Below, piece after piece: positions 40,482-51,199 of a stretch of DNA of 64,000 nt. The notes under the pieces are model-generated. The model made no database searches and had not been told where the DNA came from. It saw only the letters and a list, made by a program, of their open reading frames with translations. Positions within the stretch are counted from its first letter, which is position 1; every line of letters starts with the position of its first letter. The stretch covers positions 160,001 through 224,000 of the IMG/VR virus record IMGVR_UViG_3300032038_000001; one strand, given 5' to 3'. Source of the stretch: a virus (taxonomy: Duplodnaviria > Caudoviricetes). The position numbers and the translations under genes are program-made.

Positions 40482-41429
40482 TTAACTAAGGTACTTTTTA
40501 TTTACCTCTGATTCAGATACCTTTTTCTGAACCATTTTGAAGATTCTCGGGTAATCTGTTTCAGACAGACTTGTCAGAGAATATCTTCTGGGTGAGTCTT
40601 TACCCTTAGACTCATCTATCTTTCGAGCCTGAATAATAGTATCCAGAACTCTCTCAATAGAATCTCTATCGAGAGACTCTAATGTATCGAAACACCAATT
40701 TGATACGCTAAGGTAAAATGCCTTCTGATTATCGGTCAGATGGCCAAACACTTCCTTTCTCTCACAAAGGAAGAACTTTATGAATGGAGCGTACCACTCC
40801 TTGTCAACCAGAAGGTTCATGATTTCAGCAAAAGGTATAACCTTTGCCTTCGAATGTTCGTACAGGACCTTCTCGAAACTTGCTATCCTGAAGTTGTAAG
40901 ACTTTTCAAGACAGCTGTCTGTCGGTATTATCGACAGAACGTCGAAAGCGATGTTTTCATCAATTCCTGCTTTCGTAAACTTCTTGATTTTCTTACTCAG
41001 AATCATCTGTCCGAGTTCTATCAAGTCATTACCTGTATACACAGTAGCGTTTGGATTCTCGGCAAGAATCTGTGCATTCTGGGAGTTAATTGTCTCAATC
41101 ATCTCGCCAATTATAATCGGGAACAACTTGATATTTTTTATCTTATTCCCTCGCTTAAGTTCTTTCTTTACAGACTTTATAAAGTCTTCGTTGCAGAACT
41201 TATTAAGAACAGCATTGTAAATTTCAGGCTCCTCACGCTTAATGAGATAGCCATATTTTACCATCGCTTCAATTACTTCAGGAAGCATATCCACGAGGTA
41301 AAGGTTGAATGACTTCATAGCCTCTTTCTTACTATCAAAGTCATTATGCTTCTTGTACTTCTTATAAGAAGCTTTGGCGAATTCTTTTACCTCACTAGGT
41401 ACTTTAAACTTGTTCTTGTTTTCCGACAT
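40482..41429 (-). CDS. hypothetical protein, high-expression codon bias
   Basis: 315-aa ORF; early-like motif 41541-41549. Confidence 0.7.
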   Translation of the reverse strand: MSENKNKFKVPSEVKEFAKASYKKYKKHNDFDSKKEAMKSFNLYLVDMLPEVIEAMVKYGYLIKREEPEIYNAVLNKFCNEDFIKSVKKELKRGNKIKNIKLFPIIIGEMIETINSQNAQILAENPNATVYTGNDLIELGQMILSKKIKKFTKAGIDENIAFDVLSIIPTDSCLEKSYNFRIASFEKVLYEHSKAKVIPFAEIMNLLVDKEWYAPFIKFFLCERKEVFGHLTDNQKAFYLSVSNWCFDTLESLDRDSIERVLDTIIQARKIDESKGKDSPRRYSLTSLSETDYPRIFKMVQKKVSESEVNKKYLS

Positions 41430-41558
41430 GTCCGAAAACTCCTTTCAAAATATAAATTTTTTTAAACCGGTTTGTGGTTAGATAATTGTGAGTAATGTGA
41501 TAAAATATTATTATCACATTACTCACAATATATCGTATATATAATATATGATTTCAAC

Positions 41559-42719
41559 TTAAATCATGAATTTATCAAAGATATCCTTTAAATCAACTTC
41601 CTTTACATCACTAGATGATTTGGTATCTTTTGATGCAACTTCGCCACTAAGCTTAGAAAGTTCTATTTCATTTAAAGCATTATCTTCGTCAAGAGCTCTT
41701 TGTTTCTCTTTTATTTCGTCAACTCTATCTGATATCTTATGTATCTTATCATTTACAGGTGTGAGACCTGATAGAATAAGAAATACATTATTAGGAAGTT
41801 TACGTTCCTCATTAATATAGATATGATTAAAATCATGAATCGGGTCTCCAATAAAATCACGTACCTTGGGTACATGATTATCAAATGTTTCCGATATTGT
41901 AGTTGATAAATTTGTAATAATGCCAGATGCGGTTATCTTCTTATCACGCTGTGCTTCAACATGGCAATTTTTCTTAATCACATCTATCAACATATCTTCA
42001 ATGGTCTTATTATCCAGATCTTTCTCAGCAATCTTTTGAAGTCTTGCCACTACAATACGTCCAGGGAATGAAATAAGTCTCATCATATCCTGTTCGTCTA
42101 TAGAATCAAATCTGGTAGTCATATTATATGTACATCTAAGTACATCAATGTCGTTTACTATTTCTTCATTAACTTTTTCCATCATCTGATATGACGGTAA
42201 TGAAGCAAGCTTGTCATTATCATACAGCATATATGTCTGATTTGATAATTGTGTATAAAGCTCATTGAGATATTCAAGTGTGTTAACATGAGCACTCAGA
42301 GCTTCATTATTAACTGGTAATACACCTATGAGTATGACCTTAAGATCTACATATGTAGCCTGAATAATATTAGCCATAAGAGGTGCTGTTCCACTACCAG
42401 TTCCACCACCAGTAGAACTAACAATAAATAACACATCGAGTTCGTCTATAAAAGATTGTACATCATTGGCTGATAAAAATGCCATAATACTATCTTTTAA
42501 ATAACTCTTTGCAAGTGCACGATTTTTACCAGCACCTTGTGATAAACCGTCTGCACTGGATATTAATTTTCTAGGAATAGATGCAGGAACTGTTTCAAGG
42601 TCTTTTTCACTGCTATTTATAGCAAGCACCGGTATCTTTAGTTTATCCTGAGCTAGAGCAGCAACCTGATTTCCCGTATTTCCTATTCCCACTATACCTA
42701 CTTTTAGCATAGTATTCAT
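41559..42719 (-). CDS. FtsZ/tubulin-family GTPase (PhuZ/TubZ-like)
   Basis: GIVGIGNTGNQ, GAGKN, signature GGGTGSG, LYDND, IDEQD T7-like loop. Confidence 0.9.
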   Translation of the reverse strand: MNTMLKVGIVGIGNTGNQVAALAQDKLKIPVLAINSSEKDLETVPASIPRKLISSADGLSQGAGKNRALAKSYLKDSIMAFLSANDVQSFIDELDVLFIVSSTGGGTGSGTAPLMANIIQATYVDLKVILIGVLPVNNEALSAHVNTLEYLNELYTQLSNQTYMLYDNDKLASLPSYQMMEKVNEEIVNDIDVLRCTYNMTTRFDSIDEQDMMRLISFPGRIVVARLQKIAEKDLDNKTIEDMLIDVIKKNCHVEAQRDKKITASGIITNLSTTISETFDNHVPKVRDFIGDPIHDFNHIYINEERKLPNNVFLILSGLTPVNDKIHKISDRVDEIKEKQRALDEDNALNEIELSKLSGEVASKDTKSSSDVKEVDLKDIFDKFMI

Positions 42720-42783
42720 TCTCCTTTACTAAATATTTTAATGAATTACTTCAATAAAATATTGTACTAAATAAAATGTATTA

Positions 42784-43821
42784 TCAAGCACCATATACTC
42801 TGTAAATAATATTGAGGTCTCTAGATAATGTAAGATACTCTGTAGGAATTGTAAGTTTAGAAAATAATCTTACATCTTGATAATCTCCATCAGTATCAAG
42901 GGTTCCTTCGGTAATAAATCTTCCACTAAATAAAGCAATCGTATTAACACGTGCTCTATCTTCTTGACCAAGAGCAGCAAACCACTCTTTTACATCCTTT
43001 TTAGAAATCTTTAAGAAAATTTCGGTAAATGATTCAACATCATTTAATGAATTGGTATTTTTACGTACATCTTCTTCAGATACTACGTTTTCTGCATCAT
43101 CTATTTCCTCATCTTCACCAATTTTCCATACATGTTTGATAGTGGGTTCGGCTTCAAATCGTTTAAGATAGTATGATATAATACCTTCATCATTTCTAAC
43201 TTTACCAAAATACTTTTTACGTTCACTTTCAGCTTGAAGCTGAGTATTGGTGTACCTGAAAGGTACCATTGTACCCTGAATAGTCTGACCATCTTCAGAT
43301 GCAATACTTATATCAAGTGAATTTTCCCTGTAGTTCACAGGAAATTTAGTTATATCATTTTCAGCAGTACCAGTGATACCAATACCAAAAAGCTGTACTA
43401 AATGTCCATGTCTATAAATAATAGTTTTTTCACCATCAGGGGTTGTATATGTTTCATCGGGAGGAACTGAATTAGGGGGTCCTACGGGATGCTCATAACT
43501 AGCAAAATGAGCAAGACTGCTATCATTTGTATTAGTTATATCGTAAAGGGTAGGAATCTCAATTTCTCCTTTAACACCGAAAAGTTGTTCCATGACAAAT
43601 TGGACTCCTCCAAGAGGAACCATATTGGATGATATTGAAAATGGTGAACCTGGTGCAAAAGATGACTTACCATTTGGATTATTGACTATTTCTCCATTAC
43701 TACAGAGAATTTCTGTCTTTCTCCATAATGTAGGGGACTTCTTCAATATTTCAGGGAAATCAGGCATAGCAACATGACGCTGGTCCTGAATAGATAATTT
43801 ATCTGATGCGATTATAGGCAT
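42784..43821 (-). CDS. probable baseplate/tail structural protein
   Basis: late promoter 43856-43867; C-terminal NTIALF..LFSKL..LNIIYRVY pattern; follows a large structural gene. Confidence 0.5.
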   Translation of the reverse strand: MPIIASDKLSIQDQRHVAMPDFPEILKKSPTLWRKTEILCSNGEIVNNPNGKSSFAPGSPFSISSNMVPLGGVQFVMEQLFGVKGEIEIPTLYDITNTNDSSLAHFASYEHPVGPPNSVPPDETYTTPDGEKTIIYRHGHLVQLFGIGITGTAENDITKFPVNYRENSLDISIASEDGQTIQGTMVPFRYTNTQLQAESERKKYFGKVRNDEGIISYYLKRFEAEPTIKHVWKIGEDEEIDDAENVVSEEDVRKNTNSLNDVESFTEIFLKISKKDVKEWFAALGQEDRARVNTIALFSGRFITEGTLDTDGDYQDVRLFSKLTIPTEYLTLSRDLNIIYRVYGA

Positions 43822-43880
43822 TTATAAATCATTCCTTTCTTGAATATTTTTATGTTATTATGATGTTTTCGGTTGATATT

Positions 43881-46800
43881 TTAATCAAGCGAACCAATAT
43901 ATTTATTATAGAGCCATTTTGTATTTTCTTGTAACTCTGAACTATTGTGATTAATATTAGCAACCAGATATGCTTTCATTTGAATACCACACATATAATG
44001 TGAATATCCGTCGTGAACATCTTTAAATCCTTTACCAATATTATTATTTGGCATTACTTTCACATTGAAATCTGCTGTATCACCATCATCAAAATCTCCA
44101 AGATTTGAAAATGTATGGTCAAGACAACGTTCGCCATCAATATAAATTTTAATTGTATTATTTGATTGAGATATACCTATTACGTGCCAATCTCTAACAT
44201 CTTTATTTGTGATTATTTCGACAAAATCATTTTTGAGTTCTATTGAACTTGTCTTTGGAATATATTCTCGTATATTTATATTTGTGGTTCCTAATCCAGA
44301 ATGTATATCAACAATTGGTGTACTTATAAATCTGACACTAGGACCTTTACCAGCATCAGGAAAACCTGTAAAATCACCAATATCATCTGATTTACAAATT
44401 ATATATGCAGTATATTTATATCTATCCGGTATAATATAGTCGGGACTAACATTAAAGAAACCACCATTATAACTTAATGGATCATTTGTATATCTCTCAT
44501 CATAAATCAGATTAAAATAATCATCAATTAATTCAACAGCAGGTGATGATATGAGCATTGATATAGATGAGTCTATTTCTCCTTCACTACCACTACTTCC
44601 GCTCATTAAATTTGATAATAATACAGAAGTTGATACTGATGTTATAGTTGATGTAGAATCATACCATGCAAATATACCACGCTTTGACGGCATTTTTCCA
44701 GTATTATCAGGATCAGTAAACCATGGTTTTGGGATTATATCAGCAAATTTACAGTTATCATTAAGATTGTAATTTACATATGAAGAAATACTATCCCAGA
44801 AACTAAAGTTAAGTGTTTCTTTAGGAACTATTGTTTTATCGATATAATGTACCTTATCAATTAATCGTAATAAATTTTCTTCTTTAAAATCACATATAAA
44901 AATGATATCTAAACCTATGAAATCAACAGTGAATGATTTTATAAATTTAATCATTTTCATTAATAATTCTTCGAGTAATGATGATACACCATTCAACATA
45001 TGTGAAAAATTAATATCATCAATCAACGTCTTTAATCTTGATATAATATGGTTTATAAAGTAGTATATCTTTGAACTAATGAAACTTGCATTATTAGCTT
45101 CGCCCTCAGTTATACCGCTTATATTATCATATTTAACATCAATTAAACCAGCATTAACTGCTTGCTTAAATCCGTTATAATCCTCGGGATTACTAAATAT
45201 TTTTACTCGATCTCCAACTTTAACATTACTAATATGTGAAGTTACATCGCTGTAATGTATCTGATTTTCTCCGAGAGGGTCACTATCATCTACAACTAAA
45301 AGAGAATCGGGGTCATCAACTGTGCTATATATGAATGTAGGAAAATTACGAGTTCTCTTAAATATATCATATTCTTCATCTATATCAAAATGAAAAATTG
45401 ACCTATACAGCATCGGATTTATATAATATAAATACTCAAAAAATGATTTAGCAATCCTTTTCTGAGTAGAGCCATCTATATCTGTATAAGAAATAGTAAA
45501 TATGTCTTGTATTTCCTTAGCATAAAAAGCCGCTTGATAAAAAGTCCTGAGAGAATTGTATCTATATTTATCATCTTCATCAAGAAGTTTTTCATTTATG
45601 AATCTATATAATCCTTTTATATTTTTATATACAAGATTTAATGCTTCAAGTTTTTCAGCTCTTGATTTTTGTTCACCTTCAAGGGCTAAAACATTTTTGA
45701 TATAATTTTCAAATCTATCAACATCATCTCCATGAATATCAATAGACCCTTCTACAACTTTTCCCTCTTTTATAAGATTTTCTACAGTATAATGATTTAC
45801 ATTTTTTTCAAGTACAACAGGTTTATCATCTACTGTTTTACTACCAGAATAATAGGTATAAAACGGAGAATTATCAAAAACATAATAATTTCCATCTTCA
45901 TCAATTAAGCCATGAACTATCTTACCAAGAGATTTTTTAACATTTTCAATATCTTGTATACCATCTTCAGACATAAGATAATCGAAATCAAAAGAAAATG
46001 TATCAACTAAACCAAGTTCTGTTTGGTTTCTTGAATTAAGATAATCTAATACTGATATGATGGATGTAGGAAGAGAAATTATATCTCCACTCAAATTATG
46101 TTTCCGTAATACAAGACAGATTAAAAGTATAACAGTATCAAATAAAGATACTGTAGCACCATTAATAATTTTAGGTATAGAAACACTAACACCATCAATA
46201 ACTTCCTTATAATGAAATATAGATTTAAGAAGTAATATATTCTCAAATAAAACTTCTGTCATATTATATTCAAGGCCTAAACTCAAATATTTTGTTTCGA
46301 CAAAATTATATTCGGTCTGATACTTACGGTCTATAAGATTTTGATCTTCATACCAGAATGCATCATCAAGTGTTATATTATTATATTCAACTCTATTTAC
46401 CTGAGAATTAAATGAACGTATGAAATCATTCTCCATAAGTTCTTCTTTTTGGAAATAAATATCATACATTGCAGGATAATCTGGTACGGTTTCTTTATAC
46501 CCAGTATCAGTATTGAATTTCTCAACCGTTTTAAATATAGGACAACCATATTGGTCCATCTTGTGTTTTTTTGCAAGATAATATTTATACGCAGTCATAT
46601 TATTAAAGCCAAGTAAATTAGCGATATTATATATAACTTTATTTGTAGCCTTATTAATAATAATCATATTCAAATTCTGTGCTATCAGATTTTGTGTATC
46701 TATATCAGCATAGATGTCATATGGCATATTGTATGCTTCATACAACATTCTTACCGCATAAGTATCAAAGAAATTTCTTTTAACTTCAAACGGTATCTGT

Positions 46801-47963
46801 TTAGTTATCAGTTGCAACTCTGCCATAAGCATTATACACATAGCCATAAAATTATCATAATATGCCATAAAAGATTTAAACTCATGCTGATAAACTACGG
46901 TCATGATATAATCTCTACATTGGTCATATACATTAATAAATGTATCATACACATTTGATCTAACTATATTCTTATCAAGATATAATATAGAAAAATTTTT
47001 GGCTTTTCTTGCAGTTTGTACGCTTATCCTATGGGAGCCCAAATAATTAAGATATGGAGATGCTTCAGCATTGGTAGTACCTTCAATATTTACTGAAGTA
47101 TCAACCTTTTTCCATCCAGTATTTGTACCCATTATCCAATCATCGACAGTAAGTGACATACCAGCAAAAGAACCAACTGTTGTCACTCTATAGTAAATAT
47201 TCTTATTAGCTTTATATCCGGTAATTGGAGTTGTATCATTGGTTAAATTTAATCTTATTGATGTAGTCTTTAATGCTGATCTTGCAGCAGGTGTAAGCGT
47301 AGCAACACCAGCGGATAATGAACCACCGTATATCATTGCTTCACTATGTGTTTGATATGCATTCTTTGAAGCATTCTTTAATATATCAATAAAGCCAGTT
47401 CCCTCAAGAATAACCATAAGTTGGTCACCTCTGTCTGGGAATTCAGGATCAAGATTATTATAATAATCTTGTATTTCATGTATTGGTATATTCGGGTCAA
47501 TATTATATTTTTTACAATATTCACTATCGACATAGTAAAAAAATCTTTCGTCAGCCCCAATGTCTGGCTGTCCATTTAACATACGATAGTAATTATTAGG
47601 TTCTTCATATTCATCAATAACTCGTTGCCTTCTTCTTTCCAGGAGTTTTTGTCTATACTGCGTACCTTTTCCAGTTTTCTCATTATAATTATCAACAGGA
47701 ATAGCACGGATATCTGTGAGAGCTTTTTTTCTTATTTCATAATCATATAAACCAACAGCATCAAAATCTTTTTCAGTATAGTCACGATATGTAAAAAATG
47801 TATCTTTTTTATCCAATGCATCCAAGTAGTTATTTGCATTTCGAGTCATTTCGACAGTCTCAAATTCATCAGCTTTATTATTATACTTAATTACCATATT
47901 ATTTAACATAATAAGGAATTCATTATAAAGGTTAGCCAATGGATTAATATATTCTAAACTCAA
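43881..47963 (-). CDS. large baseplate-wedge-like structural protein with C-terminal LamG-like domain
   Basis: 1360 aa; YEEPNNYYRMLNG; NKATNKVIYNIANLLGF; C-term WHVIGI..IKIYIDG. Confidence 0.55.
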   Translation of the reverse strand: MSLEYINPLANLYNEFLIMLNNMVIKYNNKADEFETVEMTRNANNYLDALDKKDTFFTYRDYTEKDFDAVGLYDYEIRKKALTDIRAIPVDNYNEKTGKGTQYRQKLLERRRQRVIDEYEEPNNYYRMLNGQPDIGADERFFYYVDSEYCKKYNIDPNIPIHEIQDYYNNLDPEFPDRGDQLMVILEGTGFIDILKNASKNAYQTHSEAMIYGGSLSAGVATLTPAARSALKTTSIRLNLTNDTTPITGYKANKNIYYRVTTVGSFAGMSLTVDDWIMGTNTGWKKVDTSVNIEGTTNAEASPYLNYLGSHRISVQTARKAKNFSILYLDKNIVRSNVYDTFINVYDQCRDYIMTVVYQHEFKSFMAYYDNFMAMCIMLMAELQLITKQIPFEVKRNFFDTYAVRMLYEAYNMPYDIYADIDTQNLIAQNLNMIIINKATNKVIYNIANLLGFNNMTAYKYYLAKKHKMDQYGCPIFKTVEKFNTDTGYKETVPDYPAMYDIYFQKEELMENDFIRSFNSQVNRVEYNNITLDDAFWYEDQNLIDRKYQTEYNFVETKYLSLGLEYNMTEVLFENILLLKSIFHYKEVIDGVSVSIPKIINGATVSLFDTVILLICLVLRKHNLSGDIISLPTSIISVLDYLNSRNQTELGLVDTFSFDFDYLMSEDGIQDIENVKKSLGKIVHGLIDEDGNYYVFDNSPFYTYYSGSKTVDDKPVVLEKNVNHYTVENLIKEGKVVEGSIDIHGDDVDRFENYIKNVLALEGEQKSRAEKLEALNLVYKNIKGLYRFINEKLLDEDDKYRYNSLRTFYQAAFYAKEIQDIFTISYTDIDGSTQKRIAKSFFEYLYYINPMLYRSIFHFDIDEEYDIFKRTRNFPTFIYSTVDDPDSLLVVDDSDPLGENQIHYSDVTSHISNVKVGDRVKIFSNPEDYNGFKQAVNAGLIDVKYDNISGITEGEANNASFISSKIYYFINHIISRLKTLIDDINFSHMLNGVSSLLEELLMKMIKFIKSFTVDFIGLDIIFICDFKEENLLRLIDKVHYIDKTIVPKETLNFSFWDSISSYVNYNLNDNCKFADIIPKPWFTDPDNTGKMPSKRGIFAWYDSTSTITSVSTSVLLSNLMSGSSGSEGEIDSSISMLISSPAVELIDDYFNLIYDERYTNDPLSYNGGFFNVSPDYIIPDRYKYTAYIICKSDDIGDFTGFPDAGKGPSVRFISTPIVDIHSGLGTTNINIREYIPKTSSIELKNDFVEIITNKDVRDWHVIGISQSNNTIKIYIDGERCLDHTFSNLGDFDDGDTADFNVKVMPNNNIGKGFKDVHDGYSHYMCGIQMKAYLVANINHNSSELQENTKWLYNKYIGSLD

Positions 47964-48075
47964 AAGTAATCAGCTCCTTTTTATTTAGAGTTATTAAAAG
48001 ATTGTCTTTTAATGAATATAATTTTTAGTAATATACAAAAATATAACATAAAAATACTAGGAGGGAACATAGAAA

Positions 48076-48702
48076 ATGGCAAAAGTATTACCAGATATTA
48101 TATTTAGTACTGAAAAAAATACACCAATCATAGATGCAAAGACATCATTTTATAATATCCCATATTATAAGAATATAGAATATTTTTCAAATTATGAAAG
48201 TTATGTTAATTTCATAAAAGGTTGCGAAAAGCTTGTGAGACAGAATGATAGATACAGTAAATATATAAGATATCTAAAAAAAGAAATTAAACTTGATAGA
48301 TGTCAAGTTTTAAAAAATATTACTGATGAAGATGCATCAATTGAAATGCACCATGGACCGATATTTAATTTATTTGATTATTGTGCAATAGTCCTTGAAT
48401 ATTTTATACTTAAAAAGTGGAAAATAACGACTGCTCGTATTGCTGATGTTGTTCTTGATGAACATCAGAAAAATAGAATACAAGTAGTTATGGTTAGTGC
48501 ATCAGTACATGAGCAGATACATGCTGGAAACATATTTATCAACTATCATCAAGCATATGGTAACCTAAAAGAATTTATAGACAAATATGGAATAGCAATA
48601 ACTGATGAGTATAGAGAACAACTAAACAGATACATAGATCGGTCATTATTATATGACTCCAATGATTTCGGTGTTCTCGAATTAAATAAGAATTTAATAT
48701 AA
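48076..48702 (+). CDS. HNH-like (beta-beta-alpha-metal) protein, paralogue of 56516..57190
   Basis: C..IEMHHGPIF..VMVSASVHEQIH. Confidence 0.55.
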   Translation: MAKVLPDIIFSTEKNTPIIDAKTSFYNIPYYKNIEYFSNYESYVNFIKGCEKLVRQNDRYSKYIRYLKKEIKLDRCQVLKNITDEDASIEMHHGPIFNLFDYCAIVLEYFILKKWKITTARIADVVLDEHQKNRIQVVMVSASVHEQIHAGNIFINYHQAYGNLKEFIDKYGIAITDEYREQLNRYIDRSLLYDSNDFGVLELNKNLI

Positions 48703-48737
48703 AAAAAGAACGGTGAGATTTCTCTCACCGTTCTCTT

Positions 48738-49826
48738 TTACACACTTTTAAACATCTCCTCCTTTTCCTGTGTTTCATACCCACGATTCCTTTCAACCTT
48801 ATCAGTCTTCCGTGGTACTAATACAGGAATTTTAATTTCGGTATCTGAAAAGTGGTCATCAACATTTTCGTTGATTGCCAACAGTTCTTTTCGGAGTTGT
48901 TTCTCAGTATATACCGAGAATGTCACCGGATAATACTGATGAACGTATCCGATGGCCTCATATGTTGTTGTAACTCCAGTTACAGCAACATATGACTTTT
49001 CGAATCCCTTCGAATATATTTCATCATCCGAAGGTATGCTGGTATGAAAAATTCCCCAACATATTAAGGTTACGACAAACAATAAAATTGAAATAAATTT
49101 TATGTTTGTTTTTACCTTCTTTTCAAAACGGTCATCATTTTCAAGATGCCTTTTGATTGCAATAAACGCCTCGCAATCATGCGGCTCGATGCCCATCTCA
49201 ACACATTTGTTGTAGTATTTCTTGTAGTCATTATAGACTTTATCGTACGCACCGTACGGTTTAGTACTCACACGGTCGTACTCTTTTACACTACCGACGT
49301 CTTTTTCGACTCGACTTTTTCTTACCATTATTTCAGGTAAGAAAAGCTTGTCATTAAGATTGTCATTTACGACAATCTTAAACGGCAGGGTCTTAGCGCC
49401 CTTCTGTATAATATTATGATAAATATCATACAGAATTTGAGCATGACGACGTGGATACGACATCATTAACGCGTCCAGAAATACTTGCTCTTTGGGTGTA
49501 AAGTTTGTGTCATATTTCACTAACTTCACAATGAGATCGGAAAACTCATCAGAGTTTCCTTCAAACTCATAATATTCCACGTCGTCACCCTCAACGACAC
49601 GACGTGTCGTATCGTTGAAGTACTGTTGACGATATTCTATATCAGCTTCAGTTAAAAACCGATTAGAATACATCTCAGAGATGTATGTTAGTACATCTTC
49701 ATCACTGTGCTCTTCAAACAGTCTCTTATCAAGACCTCCGAAAAGCACAATCTTTCTTTTTCCTGTGAAAGGAGTAACTGTTAGAACAGTTAAATCACCC
49801 TCACGTTTTAATGATAATTCATTCAT
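48738..49826 (-). CDS. hypothetical membrane protein
   Basis: one TM segment FISILLFVVTLICWGIF; early-like motif 49871-49879. Confidence 0.65.
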   Translation of the reverse strand: MNELSLKREGDLTVLTVTPFTGKRKIVLFGGLDKRLFEEHSDEDVLTYISEMYSNRFLTEADIEYRQQYFNDTTRRVVEGDDVEYYEFEGNSDEFSDLIVKLVKYDTNFTPKEQVFLDALMMSYPRRHAQILYDIYHNIIQKGAKTLPFKIVVNDNLNDKLFLPEIMVRKSRVEKDVGSVKEYDRVSTKPYGAYDKVYNDYKKYYNKCVEMGIEPHDCEAFIAIKRHLENDDRFEKKVKTNIKFISILLFVVTLICWGIFHTSIPSDDEIYSKGFEKSYVAVTGVTTTYEAIGYVHQYYPVTFSVYTEKQLRKELLAINENVDDHFSDTEIKIPVLVPRKTDKVERNRGYETQEKEEMFKSV

Positions 49827-49968
49827 AATAATTAACCTCCTATTTTTTTATTAATGATGAATACATTTATATGATGTATAATTATGTATTTACATTATAC
49901 ACTCATTTTAAAGTTATGTAGACGACATTATCATAACTTAAATATTAAATTATAATGGAGGAATTTTC

Positions 49969-50478
49969 ATGCCTTTTTTACATAATCAAATGATAATGGA
50001 AATTATTATTTTCAGTTTAGTTTGTGTTGGAGCAATAACTATAATGTACGGTTTTATAACGATTATTACATTAATGAGACAAATTCGTATTAGACTTAAG
50101 GCTAAAACTGAAATTGAGATAGCGAATCTAACTAAACCGATAGATAGAACATTGCCAACAAACACACAAATTGAAATAACTAAGGATGTAATGGACTTAA
50201 TTAATCAACTAATTCAAATAGAAAGTGATGCTAAATTAAAAATATACGCACCACTAAATAGAAAATATGAATATACAACTTTAGCTGAAGACATTGAGAG
50301 CATATCTAAATCCGTATATGAGGGATTACGAAAAGAAATGATATTCGATAATCCCAATGTATTTATATCTAATGAATATATTATGAAATACATTTCTCAG
50401 CAAGCTAGTATTATATTTATGGGTCTAGTTCTTCAGTATAATAATAATTATCGAAACCCAGATACTACGGATTTATAA
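49969..50478 (+). CDS. hypothetical membrane protein
   Basis: N-terminal TM helix, GGAGG RBS. Confidence 0.65.
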   Translation: MPFLHNQMIMEIIIFSLVCVGAITIMYGFITIITLMRQIRIRLKAKTEIEIANLTKPIDRTLPTNTQIEITKDVMDLINQLIQIESDAKLKIYAPLNRKYEYTTLAEDIESISKSVYEGLRKEMIFDNPNVFISNEYIMKYISQQASIIFMGLVLQYNNNYRNPDTTDL

Positions 50479-50525
50479 AAAAATAAGTGGAAGAAATCAT
50501 ATATGATTTCTTCCACTTATTTATG

Positions 50526-51191
50526 TTATATATTCCAGATACATTGATGTATTCTTCTTATAACCTCTGCATCAAATAGAGAGTTATGCTTAATTCCTGT
50601 AGGAAGTTTAACATTAAGAGATTCAAGTATCTTTTCTCTACTCATTGAAAATGCACATGCATCAGTTGTATCTGCTTTCTTTCTAGCATTTTCATCCATA
50701 TAAAGATGAAGCGCAATATCTTGATTTATATCATGGCAAACAGGCGATATCCAGTTAGGTAACTGGATAGCAGTATATTCAGGATTATTAAGAATCAAAT
50801 CAATTAAAAGTACGAAATCATAATGAGACACATCGCTTACAAATTGTATGCGTCTATCTGAATACTGTGAAAGCCATTCACGAAGTTTTTCGGATATTTC
50901 TTCTCGCCGTCCAGTCATTGTCCAATAATCACGATATTCATCGAAATGATTCTCTGGTGATGAGAGATTACTGATAACGTTTTCATCTATCCAATCATCT
51001 ACTTGTGAACTATTATAATCCTCAAATTCTGCATAGAATTTTTTACCATTACAGTCAACAAGACCAATGGATATCAAAGTTGTGTCCTTTCTCAAACCAG
51101 TGAATTCAGTATCAAAATATATGAAACATGTTCTATCACCGGGTGTGTAATCAATGTTATTGATTTCATTATTGTTTAGCATAGCTATCAT
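50526..51191 (-). CDS. DEDDh 3'-5' exonuclease (Rv2179c/DUF5051-like)
   Basis: YFDTEFTGL..LISIGLV, HYDFV, HNSLFDA. Confidence 0.85.
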   Translation of the reverse strand: MIAMLNNNEINNIDYTPGDRTCFIYFDTEFTGLRKDTTLISIGLVDCNGKKFYAEFEDYNSSQVDDWIDENVISNLSSPENHFDEYRDYWTMTGRREEISEKLREWLSQYSDRRIQFVSDVSHYDFVLLIDLILNNPEYTAIQLPNWISPVCHDINQDIALHLYMDENARKKADTTDACAFSMSREKILESLNVKLPTGIKHNSLFDAEVIRRIHQCIWNI

Positions 51192-51199
51192 TTCCTTTC

